DNA from: Gammaproteobacteria bacterium
Lineage (GTDB): Bacteria > Pseudomonadota > Gammaproteobacteria > Pseudomonadales > JADFDG01
Reading direction: 5' to 3'
Assembly: GCA_018262975.1 (NCBI GenBank)
Contig: JADFDG010000002.1
Location: 93,523 to 157,522 of the forward strand
Length of the DNA: 64,000 nt
A model generated the notes under the pieces. That model worked only from the letters and a program-made list of their open reading frames with translations. It had not been told where the DNA came from and made no database searches. The position numbers were made by a program, and so were the translations under genes. Positions 32,808 through 42,021 of this stretch are shown one piece after another. Numbering within the stretch: position 1 is the first letter of the stretch; each line of letters starts with the position of its first letter.

Positions 32808-34988
32808 ATGCAGCACCAGACCAGCCGTTTCGAGGACATCGAGGCAGTCGTCGACCACGTCATCGCCACCGTGGGCAAGCGCATCGTGCTTGGCGTCCCA
32901 CTGGGCCTCGGCAAGCCGAACGCCCTGGTCAACGCCATCTACCACCGCGCCAAGGCCGACCCGTCGATCTCCCTGGAGATCCTCACCGCGCTGTCGCTGG
33001 AACGCCCCATGCCCCACCCCGGCCTGGAGGCGCGCTTCATGGGGCCCTTCGTGGAGCGCCTGTTCGGCGACTACGTCGACCTGGAGTACATGAAGGACAT
33101 CCGCGCGCACGCGGTGCCGAAGAACATCCACGTCTGCGAGTTCTTCTTCAAGTCCGGTTCGCTGGTGGGCAATGCCTACGCCCAGCAGCACTACATCAGC
33201 ACCAACTACACCTACGCGCCGCGCGACATCCTGCTGCGCGGCGTGAACGTGCTGGCCCAGCTGGTGGCCCGGCGCGTGCAGGACGGTGAGGAACGCTATT
33301 CGCTGTCCTGCAACCCCGAGACCACGCTGGACATGTACCCGCACATCATCGACCGCAAGCAGAAGGGCGAGAAGATCCTCACCATCGGCATGGTGCACGA
33401 CGACCTGCCGTTCATGGTGAACGACGCCGAGGTCAGCCCGCAGTTCTTCGACGTGCTGATACAGAACCCCGCGCAGGCAAAGACCCGCCTGTTCGGCGCA
33501 CCCAACATGTCCATCGCCACGCCCGACCACATGATCGGCCTGCATGCCAGCACCCTGCTGCGCGACGGCGGTACGCTGCAGATCGGCATCGGCTCGCTGG
33601 GCGACGCCATCTGTTACAGCGCGATCCTGCGCGACCGCCACAACGACGTCTACCGCCAGGTGCTGCACGATACCGGCGAGCTGGAACAGAACGCGCCGAT
33701 CATCGACCAGTGCGGCGGCCTGCAGCCTTTCCGCGAGGGCCTGTACGGCTCCAGCGAGATGTTCGTATCCGGCTTCTGGGAACTGATGAAGGCCGGCATC
33801 CTGCGCCGCCGCGTCTACGACCACCTGGTGCTGCAGACGCTGCTCAGCGAGCGCCGCATCACCGAGCAGGTCGACCGCCGCATGGTGGAACTGCTGGTGG
33901 ACAACGGCGTGCGCGCCAAGGTCACCGACATCGCGCTGGCCAACCTGCAGAAGTTCGGCGTGCTGCGCGAGGACGTGGTTCTGGACGGCAGCGAACTGGT
34001 GCTGCCCGACGGCAACCGCGTGCCGGCGCGCCTCGATGACGATCGCACGCTCGCCGCACTGGAGAATTCAGGCCTCGGCGACCGCCTGAAGAACGGCATC
34101 GTCATGCATGGCGGCTTCCTGCTCGGCCCGACGTCGCTGTACGAGGGCATGCGGCACATGGACGAGGAGACCCGCGCCTCGATCAACATGACGCGCATTT
34201 CCTACACCAACGCGCTGTACGGCCAGCAGGAACTCAAGCACCAGCAGCGCCGCGACGCACGCTTCATCAACACCGTGTTCACCGCCACCCTGCTCGGCGC
34301 CGCGGTGTCCGACGGCCTGCCCAACGGCCAGGTGGTGAGCGGTGTCGGCGGCCAGTACAACTTCGTGGCCATGGCGCACGAGTTGCCGGGCGCACGCTCG
34401 ATCCTGCTGCTGCGCGCCACCCGCAACAAGGGCGGCGAGGTTAGCAGCAACATCGTGTGGAGCTACGGGCACGTCACCATCCCGCGCCACCTGCGCGACA
34501 TCTACATCACCGAGTACGGCATCGCCGACCTGCGTGGCAAGACCGATGCCGAGGTGATCGCCGCCATGCTCAAGATCGCCGATTCGCGCTTCCAGCAGGA
34601 GCTGCTCGACGAGGCCAAGGCGGCCGGCAAGATCGCCCACGACTACGAGATCCCCGAAGCCTACCGCCACAACACCCCGGAGCGACTGGAGAAGGTGCTG
34701 GCGAAGTACCGCGCGGCCGGCCACTTCCCGGCATTCCCGTTCGGGCACGACTTCACGGAAGAAGAACTGGTGCTCGGCAAGGCGCTTAAGAAGTTGAAGG
34801 CCGTGGCCGACAACAAGCTGGAGTTCCTGCAGAAGCTGCTGGTGTCGACCACGCACCCGCACATTCCCGAGCAGGTGCTGCCTTACCTCAAGCGCATGGA
34901 CATGGAGGCGCCCACCCACATGCGCGACAAGCTGGAGCAGTTGCTGCTGGTCGAGGCCATCTGCGAGGTGCTCGGCATCGAGCGCTGA
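32808..34988 (+). CDS. acetyl-CoA hydrolase/transferase family protein (long form)
   Basis: GKRIVLGVPLGLGKPN, SGVGGQYNFV and ITEYGIADLRGK motifs. AGGAGGA lies upstream of ATG 32808. Confidence 0.75.
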   Translation: MQHQTSRFEDIEAVVDHVIATVGKRIVLGVPLGLGKPNALVNAIYHRAKADPSISLEILTALSLERPMPHPGLEARFMGPFVERLFGDYVDLEYMKDIRAHAVPKNIHVCEFFFKSGSLVGNAYAQQHYISTNYTYAPRDILLRGVNVLAQLVARRVQDGEERYSLSCNPETTLDMYPHIIDRKQKGEKILTIGMVHDDLPFMVNDAEVSPQFFDVLIQNPAQAKTRLFGAPNMSIATPDHMIGLHASTLLRDGGTLQIGIGSLGDAICYSAILRDRHNDVYRQVLHDTGELEQNAPIIDQCGGLQPFREGLYGSSEMFVSGFWELMKAGILRRRVYDHLVLQTLLSERRITEQVDRRMVELLVDNGVRAKVTDIALANLQKFGVLREDVVLDGSELVLPDGNRVPARLDDDRTLAALENSGLGDRLKNGIVMHGGFLLGPTSLYEGMRHMDEETRASINMTRISYTNALYGQQELKHQQRRDARFINTVFTATLLGAAVSDGLPNGQVVSGVGGQYNFVAMAHELPGARSILLLRATRNKGGEVSSNIVWSYGHVTIPRHLRDIYITEYGIADLRGKTDAEVIAAMLKIADSRFQQELLDEAKAAGKIAHDYEIPEAYRHNTPERLEKVLAKYRAAGHFPAFPFGHDFTEEELVLGKALKKLKAVADNKLEFLQKLLVSTTHPHIPEQVLPYLKRMDMEAPTHMRDKLEQLLLVEAICEVLGIER

Positions 34989-35000
34989 CCACGCCCCTCG

Positions 35001-35930
35001 CTACATGCCCTTGGCCAGGTCGTGCTTCTGCACGGACACGACCTGGTCGCCGCGACGGTGCGTCACGGTCCACTTCAGCGTGCAGCCGTTGCCCTCGCGC
35101 GAGTCCGAGGTGATGGCGATGCTGGCACTGTCGCCCTCGTGCAGGTGCAGCGGCTCGGCAACCGGGAAGTAGATCTGCTCCCAGTGCGTCGGCGCGTCGT
35201 GCGGCGAGGTGGACAGCCACAGGCCCGGCACCAGCTCTGCGCGCCACCAGTTGGCGAAGCCGCTGATCGTCACCGGGTACGCGGCGGTGAAGGTCGCCTC
35301 GCCCTTGCGCAGGCTGCTGAAACTCTTCGCCAGCAGGTTGACGTGGTCCCAGCGCACCGCATCGCCTTCCAGCAGGTCCTCGGCACGAAAGCGGCGCACG
35401 TACAGGTTATTGAAGCCGATAGCACGGGCCACGCTGTAATCCAGGCCGAAGCCGATGCGGTCCCAGCTCGCCAGCTCATGGTGGAAGGACGGGTTCACCA
35501 CCGGCGCCACGTACTGCTCGATCGCGCACGGCATCATGGTGCCGCCCGGTGCCAGGAAGCGCTTCGCGTCGCGCAGGATCTCGAGGATGTTCTCCTCCAG
35601 CGCGTAGTTGCCGAGCGTTTCCGACACCACCACCTGCACCGGGTCGAACTCGGTGATATCGCCGCTGTTGCAGCACACCATGGTCAGGTTCGGGATGCGG
35701 TTGCGCTTGGCCAGCTCCTCCGCCATCGCCATCAACTGTTCGTTGTGCTCGATGGCGATCACCTCGCGCGCACCCAGGCGGGCGGCGAGGAACGACAGGA
35801 AGCCGGTGCCGCTGCCGATGTCGGCCACCACCGTTTCACCCTTGACGATCACCGAGGCGAGCGCCCGCTCGAACAGTTCATTGCGCACGCCATCGGCAAG
35901 GATGCTGCGCTGGTACTCGATCCAGCTCAT
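35001..35930 (-). CDS. protein arginine N-methyltransferase (PRMT)-like class I SAM methyltransferase
   Basis: Motif I VADIGSGTGFLSFLAARLGA, post-I VIAIEHN, double-E loop VVSETLGNYALEENILE, motif III FLAPGGTMMP, THW loop PTHWEQ. Confidence 0.75.
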   Translation of the reverse strand: MSWIEYQRSILADGVRNELFERALASVIVKGETVVADIGSGTGFLSFLAARLGAREVIAIEHNEQLMAMAEELAKRNRIPNLTMVCCNSGDITEFDPVQVVVSETLGNYALEENILEILRDAKRFLAPGGTMMPCAIEQYVAPVVNPSFHHELASWDRIGFGLDYSVARAIGFNNLYVRRFRAEDLLEGDAVRWDHVNLLAKSFSSLRKGEATFTAAYPVTISGFANWWRAELVPGLWLSTSPHDAPTHWEQIYFPVAEPLHLHEGDSASIAITSDSREGNGCTLKWTVTHRRGDQVVSVQKHDLAKGM

Positions 35931-35940
35931 GGACTGCTGC

Positions 35941-36390
35941 TCACTCTTCGTCGCCCGGACCGTCGTCCGGGTCGTCGGAAATGCCTTCGTCGCCGCGCTC
36001 GCTGGTCCACTCGACCTTGCCGTTGGCGCAGGTGTAGTGACGCGCCAGCTCGTCGGCCTTGGCGGTCGCCTCGATGCGGCGGCAACCGGCCGCTTCGAAG
36101 GCGATCAGCAGGTCGCTGAAGGTGGTGTCGAGCGCGTCGGCGCCCAGCACCAGCGAGAACGCCGCCTGCGGCCCGCGCGCCACGAAATCGAACAGGCGGA
36201 ATCGCTGCGGCGATTCACCGCGCAGCGCCTTGGCGAACGCGGCACCGGCCGGTGCCGGCAGGGCTTTCAGCGCCTCCAGCCCGGCGAAGTCGGGATTAAC
36301 CGCATGCAACTTCTTCAGCGCCTGCAGGATGGCCACGCCCTGCTGCGTTTCCGGCACGCGCAGCGCGATCACGCAATCCACTTCCATCAT
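35941..36390 (-). CDS. hypothetical protein
   Basis: GGAGGAG lies 7 nt upstream of ATG 36390. The track ORF's upstream extension runs through REP repeats and is unlikely to be coding. Confidence 0.5.
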   Translation of the reverse strand: MMEVDCVIALRVPETQQGVAILQALKKLHAVNPDFAGLEALKALPAPAGAAFAKALRGESPQRFRLFDFVARGPQAAFSLVLGADALDTTFSDLLIAFEAAGCRRIEATAKADELARHYTCANGKVEWTSERGDEGISDDPDDGPGDEE

Positions 36391-36410
36391 GGGAATCTCC
36401 TCCCGCATCT

Positions 36411-36508
36411 TGTAGCGAGGGCGCCATGCGCCCGATTCATGTAGAGAGGGGGCCATGCCCCCGAGGCTCTTGCTTTCAACGGATCGGGGGCATGGCCCCC
36501 TCTCTACA
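36411..36508. repeat. cluster of three REP-type elements (two direct, one inverted)
   Basis: TGTAGCGAGGGCGCCATGCGCCCGAT (36411-36436), TGTAGAGAGGGGGCCATGCCCCCGA (36440-36464), and an inverted copy GATCGGGGGCATGGCCCCCTCTCTACA (36484-36508). Confidence 0.85.
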
Positions 36509-37169
36509 CGGCAATAGTGTTAACGGTCAGCAGGTCCTCGCCCAGGACGACCTGCAACTTGTCGCCGGCCACCAGCGGACCCACACCCCTGGGCGTGCCG
36601 GTCATCACCACGTCGCCCGGCTCCAGCGTGAAATACGTCGACATGTAGCACAGCAAGGGCAGTACCGGCGTGAGCATGTCGGCGGTATTGCCGTCCTGGC
36701 GCGTCCCGCCATTCACCAGCAAGCGGATGCGCACGTCCTGCAGGTTGGCCACGCGGTCCGGCGCCACGAACACCGACAGCGGACAGGCGCCGTCGAAGGC
36801 CTTGGCCTTCTCCCATGGCAGTCCCTTCGCCTTCAGGCCGTCCTGTACATCGCGCAGCGTCAGGTCGAGGCCGAGGCCCAGGCCAGCTATGGCCGCGCGC
36901 GCCTGCGCTTCATCGGCATCCTTCAGCGCCGCACCGATCAGCACTGCCATTTCCGTTTCGAAATGGCAGGCTCCCTGGCCGCGCGGCACGGCCACCGGCT
37001 GCTCCATCGGCACCAGCGCCGTGCGCGGCTTGATGAAGAGGATCGGCTCGGCCGGCACCGGGTTGTTCAGCTCCTTCGCGTGCTCGGCGTAGTTGCGGCC
37101 GACGCACACGACCTTCCCGACCGGCAAGGTGCAGGGCGCGCCATCGGCATGTCGGTGCTGGTAGGTCAT
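36504..37169 (-). CDS. fumarylacetoacetate hydrolase (FAH) family protein
   Basis: KVVCVGRNYAEHAKE...PILFIKP, ETEMAVLIG and GDVVMTGTP motifs. Confidence 0.85.
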   Translation of the reverse strand: MTYQHRHADGAPCTLPVGKVVCVGRNYAEHAKELNNPVPAEPILFIKPRTALVPMEQPVAVPRGQGACHFETEMAVLIGAALKDADEAQARAAIAGLGLGLDLTLRDVQDGLKAKGLPWEKAKAFDGACPLSVFVAPDRVANLQDVRIRLLVNGGTRQDGNTADMLTPVLPLLCYMSTYFTLEPGDVVMTGTPRGVGPLVAGDKLQVVLGEDLLTVNTIAV

Positions 37170-37294
37170 GGGCGCTCCGCGCAGGGTCCGGCGGCGATTA
37201 TATGCCGGCTGGATCGGCCTCTTGCCGGCTTTCGGGGACGGGCAGCAAAATCCACGGCATTACCCGCGTGCTCCTGCCCAAGGCGTTGCGCCCG

Positions 37295-37672
37295 ATGTCC
37301 ACCACCCACCCTTCGCCCTGCATGACCTGTGGCGCCTGCTGCGCCACCTTCCGCGCGTCATTCCACTGGCTGGAGCTGGCCAGTGCCGGCGGCACCGTCC
37401 CCGACGAACTCACCGCCCAGCTCACGCCGCACCTGGCGGTGATGCACGGCACCCACGCGGGCCAAGGCCGTTGCTGCGCGCTGGACGGCGCGGTCGGCAA
37501 GCAGGTGAGCTGCCGCATCTATCCGCAACGCAGCTCGCCCTGCCGTGATTTCCGCTGGTCAGGTGAAGACGGCATCTACGACGAGCGCTGCGAGAAGGCC
37601 CGTGCGCGCCATGGATTGCCGCCGCTGATGCAACCGCACGCGCCGCCGACGAATCCTGACCGCGCCGCCTGA
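37295..37672 (+). CDS. YkgJ-family cysteine-cluster protein
   Basis: CMTCGACC (CxxCxxCC) near the N-terminus, then CCAL...C.IY..R...C. Confidence 0.75.
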   Translation: MSTTHPSPCMTCGACCATFRASFHWLELASAGGTVPDELTAQLTPHLAVMHGTHAGQGRCCALDGAVGKQVSCRIYPQRSSPCRDFRWSGEDGIYDERCEKARARHGLPPLMQPHAPPTNPDRAA

Positions 37673-37759
37673 ACTCCCCTGTTCATGGGGGTGCCGCTGA
37701 TTGCGGAATGCGTCACCGCAGGTGCGGCATCAAGTTCCCTTCCCTCAAGGACGACCCCC

Positions 37760-38833
37760 ATGCGCCGGATTGCCCTGCTTGCCGCCCTTGCCCTTGCCTG
37801 TGCCACGCCCGCGGCGTTCGCCGCCAAGGCGCAAACCACCTGGAGCAAGGCAGACTTCTTCCAGGCCCTCAACACCGCCTATGGCGAAAACTGGAAGCGC
37901 GACGGCGGCCACGAGTCCACCCGCTACGGCATGAGCGGCAAGGTCAGCATGGACGAGGTGCCCAACGTCGCCGCCGGCGGCGCCTGGAAGTTCAACCTCA
38001 ATGCGGCCTGCCCGTTCCCCGACAGCGGCAACTCCGCGTCCTACAACTACAACAAGGTGATGTCCTACCAGATGCCGGCGCTGGTCGCCAACAACGGCGG
38101 CGGCATGCAGTACGCGTTCCAGACGCAGCCGGTGAGCGGCCTGTACGTGCCGTACGTGGAGAAGACCATCGCCGACTACCGCAAGGAAGTGCAAAAGGAG
38201 TTCAAGGACGTCCAGGTCACCATCGAGCGGCCGGCCGACCAGCAGGCGTACACGCTGATCGCCGTGTACTCCTATGAAAATGGCGTGAAGGACCACGAGA
38301 TCACCAAGCGGCTCGTCTACCTGATGAGCAAGTCCAAGTTCCTGCTGTGCGACATCGTCACCTACAACTGGCTGGCCAACGAGAAGCTCTGGGACAAATA
38401 CAAGGGTGACATCACCGAGCCGATCGGCAAGGAACTGTTCGTGGTCCTCAACCCGCTGCTGCGCAAGGACAACTACGAGATCAGCGACACCAAGGCCACC
38501 GGGGGCGCCTGGAGCATGAAGGGCGACGGCTGGAGCGAGACCTACGAGAACTACACCGACCGCATGGAACTGAGCATGGGCATGGCCATTCCCAAGGGCA
38601 TGGCGCAGGACAAGGCGCAGGCGGCCTACGCGCAGATCCAGGCGCTGGGCCCGGCCAAGGGCGCCCAGAAACTCGACATCTACTGGACCGACGGCTACAT
38701 CTGGATGACCTCGGTCTACCCCTACGCCGGCATGACGGGCAAGCAGGTGATGAACACCGTGCAGAAGTTCACCGACGACTACGCCGAGGACCAGTACAAG
38801 GCGGCGCAGAAGGTGATGAAGAAGTTCCGCTGA
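37760..38833 (+). CDS. secreted hypothetical protein
   Basis: Signal peptide MRRIALLAALALACATPAAFA. No family recognised. Confidence 0.6.
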   Translation: MRRIALLAALALACATPAAFAAKAQTTWSKADFFQALNTAYGENWKRDGGHESTRYGMSGKVSMDEVPNVAAGGAWKFNLNAACPFPDSGNSASYNYNKVMSYQMPALVANNGGGMQYAFQTQPVSGLYVPYVEKTIADYRKEVQKEFKDVQVTIERPADQQAYTLIAVYSYENGVKDHEITKRLVYLMSKSKFLLCDIVTYNWLANEKLWDKYKGDITEPIGKELFVVLNPLLRKDNYEISDTKATGGAWSMKGDGWSETYENYTDRMELSMGMAIPKGMAQDKAQAAYAQIQALGPAKGAQKLDIYWTDGYIWMTSVYPYAGMTGKQVMNTVQKFTDDYAEDQYKAAQKVMKKFR

Positions 38834-38845
38834 CCTGTCCACATG

Positions 38846-38876
38846 AAAAAGCCCGGGAATGCCCGGGCTTTTTTTC
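38846..38876. terminator. bidirectional rho-independent terminator
   Basis: AAAAAGCCCGGG-AATG-CCCGGGCTTTTTTT lies between convergent genes. Confidence 0.85.
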
Positions 38877-38887
38877 GCAAATCAGCC

Positions 38888-40486
38888 TCAGCAGCCGGCG
38901 CCCGTGCAGCGCATCTTGCGCTCGGCCTCGCGCTGCAATGCCTTCTGGTAGCTGTTGTAACCGGCACCGGTACTGTCGTAGCGACTGTCGTAGACGCCCT
39001 GGTTTACGCCACGCGGCGGCGACGACGGCGCACCGCCTGCCACGCCGCTGACCAGCGAGTCGCTGATGCTGTTGAGAGCCGCCCCGATACTGTTGGCCCG
39101 TCGCGCCGCCTCGGCTTCCGCCTTGCGGCGCATCTGCACCGCCTCGATCGCGCGCTGGTCGGCGTAGTAGGCCTCGGCGCGGCGGATACGGTCCTCTTCC
39201 TCTGCACGCTCCTTCGCGCGGATCTTCGCGGCCTCGGCATTGGCGATCGCCCGCGCCTGCATGTCGGCGCGCAGCGCTTCCATCGTGCTGCCGCTGCCGC
39301 TGTCGTCCGGATCGCCCGTGAACTGGATCACCGCCAGGTTGCCGTCGAGCTTGCGCGCCACCACGCGCCACTGCTTGCCGTCGCCGTTCCAGTCAACCAC
39401 CGCCATCGAGGCGTAGGGCCCGGACAGGCGCGTGCTGGCACTGCTGCCGATGCCGTTGTTGTCGTAATAGAAGTGCCACTGCCGGCTGCCGTCGGCGGCA
39501 ACCGCCTCGAAGGCGAACAACCCGTGCGGGAACTGCCGCTGCACACGCAGGTTGGCCAGGTCCAGGCCAAGCTCCAGTTCGCGGTCGGCATTGCCCAGGA
39601 ACACGATGCGCGAGAATTCCTGCTGCAGGAACTCCGGCGGCAGGTAGCGCTTGTTGTTGCCCTTGTCGTAGTTCAGCAGGCGATAGCGCGGACCGTCGGC
39701 GGTTTCGCGTGCACGCACCAGCAGGCGATCATTGATCCAGAACGGGCTGTCGGCACTGCCGGCCACGTACAGGCGGCGCTTGCCGCCCACGACGCCGGGT
39801 TCGGTCTCCGGGGCGCTGACCAGCAGCAGCGGCTGCTTCACGCCGACCAGGTACACGTTCAGGAAGTTGTAGTCCGGTCGGGGCTTGCCGCCCAGGCTGG
39901 TTTGCGGCCACTCCACGCCAAGCCAGTCCGGCGCACTGCGCACACCCGGCAGCCGGATCATCACGTCGCCGTTCGACGAATCCAGGACGGACACCTCGCG
40001 ACCACCGTCTTCCGCCGCCGGCCCACCGACCACGAACATGCTCTCCGACAGGTAACGCGCCACTTCCCAGCCGGTGGTCTCGCCGCGCACCAGCTCGCGC
40101 TTCTCGTTGATGCGCCAGACACTGAACGCGGTCTCGCCTTCGTCACGCACGAGGTAATGGCAGCCGCCCCAGCCCTGCAGGATGTCGCGCTTCGCCATCG
40201 GCAGCAGGAACTCCACCGGGTCCCAGCCGGGGCTGCCGCCCTTTGCGCTGTAGCCGATGCCGCGCAGGGTGCCGGTGCTCAGCCGCGCCTCCAGCACGCT
40301 GTAATAGGACAGCCCGCCGCTGCGCTTCTTGCGGTCTTCCCGGGTGCAGTCGGAGGTGAACTTGGAATGAGCCACCGTCGCCACGCCCGGGTACTGCTGC
40401 TTCAGGTCGGCGTACTTCTCCGGCTTTGCGGCGGCCATCACCGGCAGCAGCAGGCCCAGCAGGAACGCGGAAAGCAGCTTGCTCAT
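38888..40486 (-). CDS. secreted hypothetical protein with C-terminal coiled-coil
   Basis: Signal peptide MSKLLSAFLLGLLLPVMAAA. The C-terminal AEAAKIRAKERAEEEDRIRRAEAYYADQRAIEAVQMRRKAEAEAARR is coiled-coil-like. Confidence 0.6.
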   Translation of the reverse strand: MSKLLSAFLLGLLLPVMAAAKPEKYADLKQQYPGVATVAHSKFTSDCTREDRKKRSGGLSYYSVLEARLSTGTLRGIGYSAKGGSPGWDPVEFLLPMAKRDILQGWGGCHYLVRDEGETAFSVWRINEKRELVRGETTGWEVARYLSESMFVVGGPAAEDGGREVSVLDSSNGDVMIRLPGVRSAPDWLGVEWPQTSLGGKPRPDYNFLNVYLVGVKQPLLLVSAPETEPGVVGGKRRLYVAGSADSPFWINDRLLVRARETADGPRYRLLNYDKGNNKRYLPPEFLQQEFSRIVFLGNADRELELGLDLANLRVQRQFPHGLFAFEAVAADGSRQWHFYYDNNGIGSSASTRLSGPYASMAVVDWNGDGKQWRVVARKLDGNLAVIQFTGDPDDSGSGSTMEALRADMQARAIANAEAAKIRAKERAEEEDRIRRAEAYYADQRAIEAVQMRRKAEAEAARRANSIGAALNSISDSLVSGVAGGAPSSPPRGVNQGVYDSRYDSTGAGYNSYQKALQREAERKMRCTGAGC

Positions 40487-40488
40487 GC

Positions 40489-41955
40489 TCAGATCACCTT
40501 GCCCGGATTCATGATGCCGTTCGGATCGAACGCCGCCTTGATGGCTTTCAGGTAAACCTGCTCGGTCTCGTCACGCGTGTACGAGAGGAACGGCTTCTTG
40601 ATGTTGCCCAGACCATGCTCGGCGGAGATCGAACCGTTGTACTTCTGCACGGCGCCGTACACCCAGTCGCTGACCTTCTTGCACTTCTGCAGGAAATCCT
40701 CGCGGGTGACGCTCTCCGGCTTGAGGATGTTCAGGTGCATGTTGCCGTCGCCGATGTGGCCGAACCACACGATCTCGAAGTCCGGATAGTTGGCCTGCAC
40801 GATGTCGTCCACTTCCTTCACGAAAGCCGGCACGTTGGCCACGGTGACGGAGATGTCGTTCTTGTACGGCGTGTACTTCGAAATGGACTCGGAGATGCGC
40901 TCGCGCAGCGCCCACAGGTCCTTGAGCTGCTGCACCGACTGGCTCATCACGCCGTCGAGGATCCAGCCTTTCTCCACGCCGGCCTCGAACAGGCCCATCG
41001 CGTCGCTTTCCACCGCCTCGGAGGTGTTCTCGAACTCCAGCAGCACGTAGAACGGCGCTTCCTGCTCGAACGGGCGCGGCACGCCGTGCGCCAGCACGTG
41101 GCGCATGGCCTTCTCGCTGAAGAACTCGAAGGCAGTGAGGTCGATCTTTTCCTGGTAGGCGTGCAGCACGTTCATCACCGCCTCGAAGTCCGGCACGCCG
41201 AACACCAGCACGGTCAGGTTCGACGGGGTACGGGCCAGCTGCACGGTGGCCTCGCAGACGATGCCCAGGGTGCCCTCGGAACCGATGAACAGGTGGCGCA
41301 GGTCGTAACCGGTGGCGTTCTTGGCCAGGCCCTTGTTGAGCTCCAGCACGTCGCCCTTGCCGGTGACCACCTTCAGGCCGGAGATCCAGTTACGGGTCAT
41401 CCCGTAGCGAATGACCTTGATTCCGCCGGCATTGGTGCCGATATTGCCGCCAATCCGGCTCGATCCTGCCGAAGCGAAGTCCACCGGGTAGTACAGCCCC
41501 TGCTGCTCGGCGAACTGCTGCAGTTGCTGGGTGACCACCCCGGCCTGCACCTGCACGGCACGGTCAAGGGCGTTGAAGCCCAGCACCTTGTTCATGCCGT
41601 CCATCGCCACCACCACCTCGCCGTTGGCCGCCATGGCGCCGCCGGACAGGCCGGTACGGCCGCCCGAGGGCACCAGCGCGATGCGGTGCTGGTTGGCCAG
41701 CTTCACGATGGCCTGCACCTCGTCAATGGAAGCCGGCAGCAGGATGCAGGCCGGCGCCGGATCCTGGGCGCGGGTCCAGTCGCGGCCGTACTGGACGAGA
41801 CTGTCGGCGTCGGTGAGCACGCGCTTGACCACGGGACGGAACAGGTCGGCGATCTGGGTGGGGTTCAGGCTGGACAAGGCAGTCTCCACAAGGGCGGTCG
41901 GGGCGCGACCGGCCGGTCGCAACCCCTTGGAATCCATGGAATTCAGGGACCGCAT
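40489..41955 (-). CDS. FAD-binding oxidoreductase (D-2-hydroxyglutarate dehydrogenase / GlcD-like)
   Basis: FAD_binding_4-type LVPSGGRTGLSGGA, plus GGNIGTNAGG and SAEHGLG at the C-terminus. Confidence 0.85.
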   Translation of the reverse strand: MRSLNSMDSKGLRPAGRAPTALVETALSSLNPTQIADLFRPVVKRVLTDADSLVQYGRDWTRAQDPAPACILLPASIDEVQAIVKLANQHRIALVPSGGRTGLSGGAMAANGEVVVAMDGMNKVLGFNALDRAVQVQAGVVTQQLQQFAEQQGLYYPVDFASAGSSRIGGNIGTNAGGIKVIRYGMTRNWISGLKVVTGKGDVLELNKGLAKNATGYDLRHLFIGSEGTLGIVCEATVQLARTPSNLTVLVFGVPDFEAVMNVLHAYQEKIDLTAFEFFSEKAMRHVLAHGVPRPFEQEAPFYVLLEFENTSEAVESDAMGLFEAGVEKGWILDGVMSQSVQQLKDLWALRERISESISKYTPYKNDISVTVANVPAFVKEVDDIVQANYPDFEIVWFGHIGDGNMHLNILKPESVTREDFLQKCKKVSDWVYGAVQKYNGSISAEHGLGNIKKPFLSYTRDETEQVYLKAIKAAFDPNGIMNPGKVI

Positions 41956-42021
41956 GGTATCATGCGCGCCCGCTTTTCACGGCGCCCCCGACGGGGCGCC
42001 AGCGCACGGAGACCCCCGCCG

